DNA from: Promethearchaeota archaeon
Lineage (GTDB): Archaea; Asgardarchaeota; Heimdallarchaeia; Hodarchaeales; Hodarchaeaceae
Direction of reading: 5' to 3'
Assembly: GCA_048938105.1 (NCBI GenBank)
Contig: JBHLMN010000004.1
Coordinates: forward strand, 224,001-288,000
DNA length: 64,000 nt
Shown piece after piece: positions 49,833 through 59,093 of this stretch. The notes under the pieces were generated by a model. The model was not told the origin of the DNA. It did no database searches and saw nothing but the letters and a program-made list of their open reading frames with translations. The stretch's first letter is position 1; the number at the start of each line of letters is the position of its first letter. The position numbers and the translations under genes were made by a program.

Positions 49833-51191
49833 ATGAACAGTAGTATTCTACACAAAGGTGATCAGTCTCCCTTCTCTTTTAAATTTGCAGGTTGGGTCGA
49901 AAAGCTCCCTGAGAGTGAGATTCGCCGTTTACTAAGATTTTCCCCGAAATATTATTTTGGTGGAGGTAAACCAGGTATTTTACCAATCGAAACTTTCCAT
50001 AAGATATTAGAAGACATAATTTCTGAGGAAAAGATCCTTCTGCAACAGAAATCCATAGCAGTCTTGAGTAAGTATAATTATGGAGCTACAGAGGGTAATT
50101 TTAAACTTCGATCAGTTTTAGCTAAACGACTTAAAAAGCGCGATCATGTTTCGTGCAGCTCAGAGGATGTTCTCATCACTACTGGTTCTCAACAAATTCT
50201 TTATGCCATTAATGATTGCTTGGTTACTCCTGGTGATATTATTCTTACAACCCGGCCAACCTATTTAGGCTATCTTTTACCAGCAGAAAAAATTGGAGCT
50301 AAAATTGTTACACTTCCTTCTGATGATGGTGGATTAATACCAGAATTTCTTGATGTAGCGATTAGTTTGTGCCAAAAAGAATTTGGACGGCCTCCTAAAA
50401 TTCTTTACACTATCCCCTATTCAGATAATCCCAAAGGAACGACTCTTTCATCTAAAAGAAAAAAGCAGATTGTTGACATTACCTTTGGATATAATGATAT
50501 TCTAATAGTGGAAGATGCAGCTTACAAAGAAATACAATTTGGTAATCAGGTGAATACGATTCACCCTTTAAAGGAATTTGATTCTGATAACCAACGAATT
50601 GCCTATTTATCAACTTCTACTAAGGAAGCAGCTTCCTTTAGGATTGGTTATAGCGTATTACCTGAAGAACTACGTCAAGCAATCATCAAAGCAAAAGGTT
50701 ACTATGATTTATGTTCCTCAGAGTTTGTGCAAGCAATTCTCGCACGGTATTATGAGAAATATATTGATTTACAGCTTCCACTAATTAGACGTGGTTACGA
50801 GGATCGCTGCAAAGCTATGCTTTACGCAATTGAAAATTATATGCCCAATGGGTCTTTCACGAAACCTACTGGAGGATTCTTTATTTGGTACGAAACTGCA
50901 AGTCAGAATATTGACACTCTTAAATTTGTACAGACAGCTATTGACAAAGGTGTAGCTTATGTTCCTGGTAGTGCTTTCTATCCCCAAACTGGTTATTCTG
51001 TTACTGAAGAGTCGAAACTAGTCCGATGTGAAAGGCCGACAAATACTATGAGGTTAGGATATTCATTATTATCTCCAGAAGTGATAGCAAAAGGGATAAA
51101 GCTCTTGGGACGATTATTGAAAATGGAAACTAGACATAATATTCCTAGTATTAGTTCATCTTTCTTTGACAAAGGATCATTCATAATCTAG
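49833..51191 (+). CDS. PLP-dependent class I/II aminotransferase (2-aminoadipate/aromatic type)
   Basis: ITTGSQQ, DNPKG, VEDAAY, STSTK...FRIGY, PTGGFF. Confidence 0.92.
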   Translation: MNSSILHKGDQSPFSFKFAGWVEKLPESEIRRLLRFSPKYYFGGGKPGILPIETFHKILEDIISEEKILLQQKSIAVLSKYNYGATEGNFKLRSVLAKRLKKRDHVSCSSEDVLITTGSQQILYAINDCLVTPGDIILTTRPTYLGYLLPAEKIGAKIVTLPSDDGGLIPEFLDVAISLCQKEFGRPPKILYTIPYSDNPKGTTLSSKRKKQIVDITFGYNDILIVEDAAYKEIQFGNQVNTIHPLKEFDSDNQRIAYLSTSTKEAASFRIGYSVLPEELRQAIIKAKGYYDLCSSEFVQAILARYYEKYIDLQLPLIRRGYEDRCKAMLYAIENYMPNGSFTKPTGGFFIWYETASQNIDTLKFVQTAIDKGVAYVPGSAFYPQTGYSVTEESKLVRCERPTNTMRLGYSLLSPEVIAKGIKLLGRLLKMETRHNIPSISSSFFDKGSFII

Positions 51192-51241
51192 GAATATTTG
51201 AAAATATATAATATGGTTCTGGGGAAGAATTGAAGGTGTGA

Positions 51242-51727
51242 ATGATATCCACTATTGTAGCTATTGATAGAGCGTTCATTAATGCAGCACAGGATATCCA
51301 TGATGTTCTTTCTGAATCATTTATCCCTTTTCATCAGTACTATACAAAAGAAGCTTATCGTGCTACAGTTATTTCTGTTCGAGAAATTAAGAATCGAATT
51401 CTGAATAAGAAAACTGATGTTCTAATTGCTATTTGTAATAATAACCTTGTAGGTACAGCTACCATTGAAATACAAGAAAAAGAGAACTGGTTTATACGAA
51501 GTATGGCTATTAAACCTGATTATCAGAGGAAAAGTATTGCGTACCAGATTCTTAGGGAGATTATTAACTTAGCAAAGAAAAAACATGCTAGAACTCTATT
51601 ACTCGAATGTTTTGAACCATTAAGTGATGCAATTAATCTATATCAGCGTTCTGGATTTAAAAAAACAGGGAGAAAGAGGAATCATTATGGTATAGAAATA
51701 TTCGAAATGATAAGAGAGGTAGATTAA
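51242..51727 (+). CDS. GNAT acetyltransferase
   Basis: MAIKPDYQRKSIA; AINLYQRSGF. Confidence 0.9.
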   Translation: MISTIVAIDRAFINAAQDIHDVLSESFIPFHQYYTKEAYRATVISVREIKNRILNKKTDVLIAICNNNLVGTATIEIQEKENWFIRSMAIKPDYQRKSIAYQILREIINLAKKKHARTLLLECFEPLSDAINLYQRSGFKKTGRKRNHYGIEIFEMIREVD

Positions 51728-51790
51728 ACCTGTTTTATTGATGAAAAATCAAAATTTTTGAAATTATATTGATCTATTGGCAATTTAGAC

Positions 51791-52375
51791 TTGAGGGTGA
51801 TAATGATTAATGCAAAAATGAAAGCAACAGTCACTATTCCTTTTGAAAGATCTCTTTATCTTTTGCATCCCTATAATACATGTTTGATCACTTCAAAAGG
51901 GAAAGATGAAAAAATAAATATAATGGCTGTCGCTTGGATTACTCCTGTGAGTGTGAAACCTCCACTCATAGCCATGAGTATTCACCCAGAACGCTATTCA
52001 TACAATCTGATCATAGAAAGAGGGGAGTTTATTATAAATATCCCGCAATATGAACAAGCTCAAACAGTGTTATTCTGTGGTCGTTATTCAGGTAGAGATA
52101 CCGATAAATTTCAGAAAGTACCCCTAACACCTGAAAAAGCAAAAAGAGTTAAAGTTCCGAGAATAATGGAATGTATTGCTCATTTAGAATGTAAGGTTGT
52201 TAAGACAATTGAACTAGGAGATCATGTTTTAGTCATTGGAAAGATTATTGAAGCTTATGCTTTGAGTGATTGTTTTAATGAAGTATACAACATAACAAAA
52301 TTTCGGCCCTGTTTACATATTGGTAAAAACCTTTTTACAACTTGTATTAAGGAAACTATTGAACCTACTCTTTAA
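51791..52375 (+). CDS. Flavin reductase-like family protein
   Basis: NIMAVAW, SGRDTDKF, LECKV, GDH. Confidence 0.92.
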   Translation: MRVIMINAKMKATVTIPFERSLYLLHPYNTCLITSKGKDEKINIMAVAWITPVSVKPPLIAMSIHPERYSYNLIIERGEFIINIPQYEQAQTVLFCGRYSGRDTDKFQKVPLTPEKAKRVKVPRIMECIAHLECKVVKTIELGDHVLVIGKIIEAYALSDCFNEVYNITKFRPCLHIGKNLFTTCIKETIEPTL

Positions 52376-52453
52376 AGTTTAACATCAAAAATATTATTTG
52401 AACATTTTTTATGGAAAATAAAAAAAGAAGTTCAAAAACTCTATCTAAGATGA

Positions 52454-53152
52454 ATGAAAATGAAATGGAGTAAAGCAGAAGTTAAAGATCTATCTCCTAT
52501 TTTAGAACGAATAAAAGATGATCTAGGAGACTTAGAAAATAAAAATATTGTAGTCCTTTGCAGTGCTCAAGGAGAGATAGTTCTATGGTTAGCGGAAAGA
52601 ATGAAGGGTGGTCGGATTATTGGATTAGAGCTTGATGAAGCCTCACTCAAATTTGCGAAAAGATTAGCAAAAGAAAAGGGAATTAAAAACATAAAATTCC
52701 AAAAGGCAAGAAAAACTCGAATCCCTCTTTCTGATGAAAAATTTGACGTCTTGATAAGTGAATTTATCATTTTTCCGACAATAATGCCCACTGAAATTGG
52801 CCAGTCAGAGATGGTTCGCATACTTAAACCTGGTGGTAGTATTATTATTACAGACGTGATTTTGACACAACCAATGCCAAAAGAATTGCGGAAAAAATTA
52901 AGAGCTATTGGGTTGGATTATCTGTGTGAAGCAACACAAGAGGACTTTAAAGACTGGATGTTAGATGCTGGCCTTACTGAAATAAAGATCGTTGATTTCA
53001 CCCCCTTAGTAAAGAGTATATGGGAAAAAAGACGTGATCAAGAGATCTCCCCAGAAAAGAATGAAAGTTATTTGCTTCTGCTTGAAGATCCAGTATTTAA
53101 ATTAGGAAAAAGCATTTTTTACACATATGTTCAAGCTAGAAAAGGGGAATAG
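52454..53152 (+). CDS. Class I SAM-dependent methyltransferase
   Basis: IIGLELD, IPLSDEKFDV, EMVRILKPGG; motif I atypical (VVLCSAQG). Confidence 0.85.
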   Translation: MKMKWSKAEVKDLSPILERIKDDLGDLENKNIVVLCSAQGEIVLWLAERMKGGRIIGLELDEASLKFAKRLAKEKGIKNIKFQKARKTRIPLSDEKFDVLISEFIIFPTIMPTEIGQSEMVRILKPGGSIIITDVILTQPMPKELRKKLRAIGLDYLCEATQEDFKDWMLDAGLTEIKIVDFTPLVKSIWEKRRDQEISPEKNESYLLLLEDPVFKLGKSIFYTYVQARKGE

Positions 53153-53442
53153 TCTTTCTAATTATATTCACTTTTCATTTGTTAAATTCATGATATTAGA
53201 TTTATGCAGGTACCACGATAATCCTATTTTCCATTGATTAAGTTTTTAAAGATTTATCTGAGATGAATCTTCTGTATAGTAAGATTCTAATACGTAAAAT
53301 AACTTTTAAAGCATCTCATACTTTTAATTTGTGAAAGAATAATTCATTGTCTACAATTGTGATCTTCAAGACTTCTTTTATGATTTTTACTTAGAATTTT
53401 GTCTTCTTAATTGTTAAATATTCAAAAACCCCTTTACTCTTT

Positions 53443-53691
53443 ATGAGTCAGAGTATAGTCGATAGAATATGGGCTATAATAATAAATGAAGGATATCTTA
53501 AAGGGTTGACAAGGTCACCTCAAGGAAAGATATTCGTAATAAAGCATCCAAACACTAATCCAGCGCTAACAATAATGGATAGTCAAGATTATTTCGATAG
53601 AGGAAATGGAGAGATGTTTATTGGGAGAGAACTCCCTAATAAGGATATATTAATAGAGTTAATTCAAGAACACCAGCGATCAAGCTTATAA
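53443..53691 (+). CDS. Hypothetical protein
   Basis: 82-aa ORF with globular composition. Confidence 0.5.
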   Translation: MSQSIVDRIWAIIINEGYLKGLTRSPQGKIFVIKHPNTNPALTIMDSQDYFDRGNGEMFIGRELPNKDILIELIQEHQRSSL

Positions 53692-53706
53692 TCCTCAATG
53701 AAGCAG

Positions 53707-53982
53707 TTATTTGTCTGGTTTTTCTGTTCGGGAAATCTTGAAAACAACGGGGCGTTTATAGTCAGGACAGCAGTTAGAATGGCTATCAGGGGTATCGAAC
53801 CATGACATTTTTCCTCCACTCTGAATAATACGTATAGTAGGGAAGATGGAATGAAATGCAGAGGGACAAATCTTCCCTCTATCTTCAGGATAATTAAACA
53901 CCTCTCCAATTTTGTGTCCAGCAGGACATCTGCCTTCTTCAAGAATATTAGTTACTTCAATTTTAATTTCATAATTTGGCAC
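53707..53982 (-). CDS. TIGR04076-like small Cys protein
   Basis: G.CPAGHKIG, ICPSAF, CCPD..RPVVFKI. Confidence 0.85.
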   Translation of the reverse strand: MPNYEIKIEVTNILEEGRCPAGHKIGEVFNYPEDRGKICPSAFHSIFPTIRIIQSGGKMSWFDTPDSHSNCCPDYKRPVVFKISRTEKPDK

Positions 53983-54129
53983 GATTTTACACTCCTAAAA
54001 GAATAATTTGTTTTATTCTTCAGGGATCTTTTTATAATTCTTCACAAAAGAAACATGTCATTATGAAAGATTTAAAACGGATCAATAAATGTTAAATCAA
54101 TCTAATAGTAATTAACAGAGGAAAGTATC

Positions 54130-54795
54130 ATGCTTGATCTCTTATACGGTGTAGTATTGTTAATTGAAGTGGTCCTTGCTGTGATTATAGGTTTGTTTAT
54201 CATAAAGAGAGATAAGTCACAAACATTAAACCAAGTATTCTTATTGGTTATGCTCTCTTTTTCAGGTTATCTTTTTTTTGAATCGATAATCTATTTACTT
54301 GGTATCGAAGATCTATCAACAGTCGATCTCCTACGAGATCTTAGTGTTTTCTTTTCCACTGCTGCAGTAATTCTTTTAGTGTTTTCGGCATTAATTGTAC
54401 AATATGGAGACATAATAGTTCAGAGAAAGATAAATTTAGTGATTGGGTTCATTGTTCTAGTTTTTCTAGTAATCATTGGGATTCCTTTTGATTCAGCAAG
54501 AATTATTGATAATTATGTTATTTTTGAACAAGCGGATCCGCAATTCGGCATCATTGGAAAAACAGCTTTACTTTTCATTCCAATACTAGGAATTTTCTTT
54601 TCGATGTTTCAATATTTGAGAATTAGACAATCTAGCGAAGATGCTGTATTACGACAGAAATTATTCAGACTAGCTCTTGGATTATTTTTAATCACAATTG
54701 GTATCGCATATTTTGCAATTTTCCCAGAGTTCCGCTATCCAGGACATATTGCATACATTGCTGGTTTACTAAGCCTATTTTGGGCATTCAAATGA
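54130..54795 (+). CDS. Stand-alone 7-TM membrane protein (HisKA_7TM-like sensor domain)
   Basis: Seven hydrophobic segments; LNQVF motif after TM1; no cytoplasmic output domain. Confidence 0.7.
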   Translation: MLDLLYGVVLLIEVVLAVIIGLFIIKRDKSQTLNQVFLLVMLSFSGYLFFESIIYLLGIEDLSTVDLLRDLSVFFSTAAVILLVFSALIVQYGDIIVQRKINLVIGFIVLVFLVIIGIPFDSARIIDNYVIFEQADPQFGIIGKTALLFIPILGIFFSMFQYLRIRQSSEDAVLRQKLFRLALGLFLITIGIAYFAIFPEFRYPGHIAYIAGLLSLFWAFK

Positions 54796-54863
54796 TTAAA
54801 GAGTTTTTCGAATTCTCGCATTATTAAGTTTGTTTTATAGGATTCGCCATGGTATGAGTAAAG

Positions 54864-55448
54864 ATGACATATCCAACAGGGAATAAGGGATCATACTTCA
54901 AGGTTTGTCTAATTGGAGATGGGGGAGTAGGAAAAACCTCTCTACGTGAACGAGTTCTAGGAGAAGATTTTGAAAGTACCTATTTATTGACCATAGGAGC
55001 CGATTTTGCCATCTATCAGGCTGATATTGATGGACACATATATAAATTCCAAATCTGGGATTTATCTGGACAACAGCGGTTTGACATTGTAAGAGCAGTT
55101 TATTACAGGGGTTCACATGGAGCTATCCTCGTCTTTGATCAGACCCGTCCAGAATCATTTTCTAATCTGGAGAATTGGAGAAAAGAGCTTTTTACTCACG
55201 TTAATCGGAGAGTCCCCTTTATTTTATTAGGTAATAAATGTGATCTGAGGAGTAAGATTGATCGGAATGCATTAAATGAGTTCATTGAGAAATCTGAGAA
55301 GGAGTTCTCATATGCAGGTAATCCATTTTCAATTCCATATCTTGACACATCTGCTCGTACAGGTCACAATGTGAATGAAGCTTTCGAGACATTAATTATG
55401 GCTATTAGGAATTTCGTTATAAACAATGTTAAAAAGACAAAGCATTAA
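54864..55448 (+). CDS. Rab-like small GTPase
   Basis: GDGGVGKTS, TIGADF, WDLSGQQRF, YYRG, GNKCD, TSA; no C-terminal Cys motif. Confidence 0.93.
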   Translation: MTYPTGNKGSYFKVCLIGDGGVGKTSLRERVLGEDFESTYLLTIGADFAIYQADIDGHIYKFQIWDLSGQQRFDIVRAVYYRGSHGAILVFDQTRPESFSNLENWRKELFTHVNRRVPFILLGNKCDLRSKIDRNALNEFIEKSEKEFSYAGNPFSIPYLDTSARTGHNVNEAFETLIMAIRNFVINNVKKTKH

Positions 55449-55469
55449 CTAACCAAAGGTTTAGATAAA

Positions 55470-55964
55470 ATGTCAAAAGAATTAAAAGACAAGCTCCTAA
55501 AAGAGTTTCCAGGTAAAATGGAAAATGAACAAGCATTCATCATGCAATTCATAATGAAAGAAGCTCAACAAGGTAGGAAACCACCATCTAAAGATGATAT
55601 TGATGAAAGCATCAAAAAAATGGTTAAAAAAGGTATTTTCGAAAAGAAGGGTCCTCTATTAATTTTGAGGGCCTCCAAACCGCTTGTGACAATATCTGAA
55701 GAGGAGGAGGAGGAGGAAGAAGAGACTCCAATTGTTTCTCCCAATTTGATAACAGGGAATTTTACTGAGAGTCAAAAGATTATTCTTAATGCTTTTCAAG
55801 GGAAATACGAGAATCGTTCAGCTATTATCATGAATGTTACAATGACAGAGTTATCTAAGGGAAAAAGACCTCCAGAAAGAGGAGTCCTGGAAAAAAGTAT
55901 TGAAGAATTAATAGAAAAAGGAGCATTGGAATTAAAAGGGGATCTATTAATTAAAAAACTTTAA
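55470..55964 (+). CDS. Tandem winged-helix-like protein with poly-Glu linker
   Basis: Two ~65-aa repeats (F.GK.EN..A.IM...G..PP....SI..L..KG..E.KG.LLI). Confidence 0.75.
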   Translation: MSKELKDKLLKEFPGKMENEQAFIMQFIMKEAQQGRKPPSKDDIDESIKKMVKKGIFEKKGPLLILRASKPLVTISEEEEEEEEETPIVSPNLITGNFTESQKIILNAFQGKYENRSAIIMNVTMTELSKGKRPPERGVLEKSIEELIEKGALELKGDLLIKKL

Positions 55965-56114
55965 AATCATTTTAATGTTTGTACTGACTTGACAATTACT
56001 TGATTATTTTCTGTAGGGAAGGATTAGAGTATATATGATAATATTCCTTGTGATATAAGTTGGTTTATCAGCTTAAAAGGTTTCTAGGATTTGTTTTATG
56101 CTCATCCCAAAAGT

Positions 56115-56200
56115 GTTCACAAAATCGAACACCCCGTTCTAAAGTTCAGACATGCTGTACTAGTTTTAGAATAGGCCGTTCGACTGTATAGGTATTTAAA
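56115..56200 (+). promoter_or_regulatory. Four 21-bp-phased GTTC(N8)GAAC-like boxes followed by a TATA box
   Basis: GTTC/GTAC at 56115, 56136, 56157, 56178; TTTAAA at 56195-56200. Confidence 0.6.
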
Positions 56201-56252
56201 GGTATGTTCGATAAAAATAATCACATTACATAAGAGAAACGGTGTTGATTTA

Positions 56253-58454
56253 ATGAGAATAAATGGGAAATTAAGAAAGTACGGCCTCTTTTCCTCTATT
56301 GGAGGAGGTTTGGCAGCGATTCTAATTTTTATCCTTGCAATAGGCCTTTTTAATCCATTAAGTGTTCCAATGAATATTCCAGATATGGATACACCTTCTT
56401 TACTCGACGGAACAGCCTTAACTTACCAGATAAAAAATAGTCTTCAAACAGAATTTGGGAGTTATATTCCCCAAAATTTGTCTTATGATCCTAAAGTGGT
56501 TCCCACTCAAATACAATCGAATCTTGCTAATGTTGATTTACAAGGATTAAACATTCAATCTGATGTAAAAAAAGACTTAGAAAAATATGGTTTTGTCTTA
56601 GTTGATGAGGGTTTTGAAGATATTTATGAAATCTATCCACGTTTAGAATATCCAAAATTCGTAACCACAGATCTTTGTCTCCATGCGTATCATGTATTAT
56701 ATGATATTAGTTTACGAATATTAGAAGGAACCTACTTTAATGATGATTTCGAAATAATGTTACAAGAATTAAGAACTGCACAAATAGCTTTAAGTGGTAA
56801 GGTTACTGAAAGCAACGTTAATGATGCTCTAAACAAGAATATTGCTTATCTCACTGTCATGCTCTATTTAATCGATAATACTACTACTACGATTCCCAAA
56901 CAGGTTGAAGGTCTTTTTCTTTCAGAATTAGCAAAAATAAAAGCAGAAAAAAGAAATATATCAACTATTTTTGGATATGAAGAGGATTACACTCAGTATA
57001 AAGTACGAGGACACTATACACGAAATACTATCTTATCTAATTATTTCAAAGCTATGATGTATGCTGGTAGGATGGGATTTTTATTACAAAGTCCTTTTGG
57101 TGATATACAAATGGGTATCGATCACACTCGAATGGCTATGTTGCTTTTATCTTCCTTCAATGTTACTATTGGATCTGAAACTGTCTGGGATTACTGGGAT
57201 CGGGTATATCAACCAACAGCGTTTTATGTTGGTGCTAGCGATGATTTAACACCTATTGAGTATTACCAGATTTGGAAGATGTTTAATTTCCCTGGAGGAG
57301 ATCTTCTAGCTAGCGATGAGTTAATACTAGACATGATTAACGAGGCTAAAACTTATCGAAAACCGCAAATAAATTCCATGTTCATTTCTGATGCATATGA
57401 TCATGAGAATGTTACTCATGGATTTAGACTCATGGGTCAAAGATTTATTCCTGACTCATATATTTTCCAACAGTTGGTACATAATAAAGTAATAGGGCGT
57501 TATTTTCCTAATGGGCTAGACGTATTTTCTGTTTTTGGTAGTCCCAGAGCAAAATATCACCTCCAATCAGAGAATGAAAGTTATTCTGACTATAGTTCAC
57601 AGATTATTAAACTTCGAGATGAATTTTCTAATTTAACGGACTATGATTGGACACAAAACTTGTATTGGTTGTGGCTTTATTCATTGTTTCCATTGTTACA
57701 CCCAGCAAATGAGGGTTATCCTGGTTTTATGCGTAGTGATGCTTGGTTAGACAAAGCATTAATGACTGTACTGGCTTCCTGGGCCGAATTACGTCATGAT
57801 ACAATTCTCTATGCCAAACAATCTTACACCTATAAATCCGCAATAGCTGAACCCCTAAAAGGATATGTTGAACCCTATCCTAAAGTTTATGCACGATTAG
57901 CAACATTAGTCCGTTTGATGGAAGATGGGCTAGAGGAACGTGGGTTAATCATTGAAGGCTTTAGTTACAAACTTGATATTCTTGCAACTAAATTTAATCG
58001 TTTAGTTGAGATTAGTATCAAAGAACTTGAGAATGAGCCATTAAACGATAGCGATCTTTTTTTCATTAATAACTTTGGAGAAGAACTTGCCTCTATTGCT
58101 AGTTTTCATGATCCAAGCGCAAAACCATACGTTAGTGAAGCTGATGATCGAATGGCTATTATCGCGGATGTTCACACCGATATAAACTCTGGAAGAGTGC
58201 TGGAAGTAGGTACAGGCAATCCTTACGTTATTTATGTTATTGTACAAGATCATAATGGGAAATTATTCTTAACTCGCGGAGGTGTTTTTTCCTATTATGA
58301 ATTCAAACAACCAATGACCAATCGCCTAAATGATGAAGAATGGCATAAATTACTAGATACTAATCCTCCCTCATTGCCTGAATGGGTCTCCAATTTATTA
58401 ACCATATATTCGAGTGAAACTGTTTTAAATGCGATTGCTCTTAAAGAAGATTAA
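56253..58454 (+). CDS. DUF3160 domain protein with N-terminal TM anchor
   Basis: FVTTD..LH.YH, DYTQYKVRGHYT, MGQRFIPDSY, SWAELRHDTILYAKQS, GYVEP, IADVHT. Confidence 0.92.
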   Translation: MRINGKLRKYGLFSSIGGGLAAILIFILAIGLFNPLSVPMNIPDMDTPSLLDGTALTYQIKNSLQTEFGSYIPQNLSYDPKVVPTQIQSNLANVDLQGLNIQSDVKKDLEKYGFVLVDEGFEDIYEIYPRLEYPKFVTTDLCLHAYHVLYDISLRILEGTYFNDDFEIMLQELRTAQIALSGKVTESNVNDALNKNIAYLTVMLYLIDNTTTTIPKQVEGLFLSELAKIKAEKRNISTIFGYEEDYTQYKVRGHYTRNTILSNYFKAMMYAGRMGFLLQSPFGDIQMGIDHTRMAMLLLSSFNVTIGSETVWDYWDRVYQPTAFYVGASDDLTPIEYYQIWKMFNFPGGDLLASDELILDMINEAKTYRKPQINSMFISDAYDHENVTHGFRLMGQRFIPDSYIFQQLVHNKVIGRYFPNGLDVFSVFGSPRAKYHLQSENESYSDYSSQIIKLRDEFSNLTDYDWTQNLYWLWLYSLFPLLHPANEGYPGFMRSDAWLDKALMTVLASWAELRHDTILYAKQSYTYKSAIAEPLKGYVEPYPKVYARLATLVRLMEDGLEERGLIIEGFSYKLDILATKFNRLVEISIKELENEPLNDSDLFFINNFGEELASIASFHDPSAKPYVSEADDRMAIIADVHTDINSGRVLEVGTGNPYVIYVIVQDHNGKLFLTRGGVFSYYEFKQPMTNRLNDEEWHKLLDTNPPSLPEWVSNLLTIYSSETVLNAIALKED

Positions 58455-58587
58455 AATCTTTTCCTGCTCATTAAAAGGTAGGAAATTCCTTCATCTCTTT
58501 TTTTCATTGTAATTACCTTAAGGAAAATAATTGTCACTTTCAACTTAAGCTAGCTTTTATTTATATTGAAAAAATACAGTGTAGGGA

Positions 58588-59043
58588 TTGGAAGCTATAG
58601 TAATGGAAGAACATTCAGACGAATTACTGCAAGGTAAAACCATGAAAATTTACTGGTTTTTGCTTACTCATGGTGAAAGTGGTATTCGTGAAATAAAACG
58701 TCATCTGAAGATTGCTTCGCCATCTACAGTCTCTTATCACATGAACAAGCTCGTTGAGGCGGGTTTGGTCTCAAAATCAACAGCAGAGAAATATATTGTA
58801 GAAGAAACAGTAAAATCAGGGATCTTTGGCCTTTATATTAAGATTGGTACACGTATGATTCCAAGAATGCTGTTTTATATATCATTTTTCACAATCGGCT
58901 GTTTTTTGTATTTATTAGTCATACTTAATCGAGGAACTGTAATAATACACACAGAAGATTTCCTTTTTATTTTCTTTTTAGTAAGTGGAATCATTTTCTT
59001 TAGTTATGAAACTTACCGTATTTGGACAATGAAACCTCTTTGA
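58588..59043 (+). CDS. Winged-helix regulator with two C-terminal TM helices
   Basis: SGIREIKRHLKIASPSTVSYHMNKLVEAGLV followed by 2 TM. Confidence 0.85.
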   Translation: MEAIVMEEHSDELLQGKTMKIYWFLLTHGESGIREIKRHLKIASPSTVSYHMNKLVEAGLVSKSTAEKYIVEETVKSGIFGLYIKIGTRMIPRMLFYISFFTIGCFLYLLVILNRGTVIIHTEDFLFIFFLVSGIIFFSYETYRIWTMKPL

Positions 59044-59093
59044 TAATTAAGTTAATAAAAAATAGAGAAAAGAGAAGGATTATTCCCTAGAAT

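Noticed and set aside
55698-55724. (GAG)n microsatellite as a contingency locus
   Set aside because: In-frame triplet run encoding the poly-Glu linker; length change would not switch expression
56115-56200. Mini CRISPR array
   Set aside because: Only 4-bp half-sites recur, the 21-bp period is far too short for repeat plus spacer, and no cas genes are present
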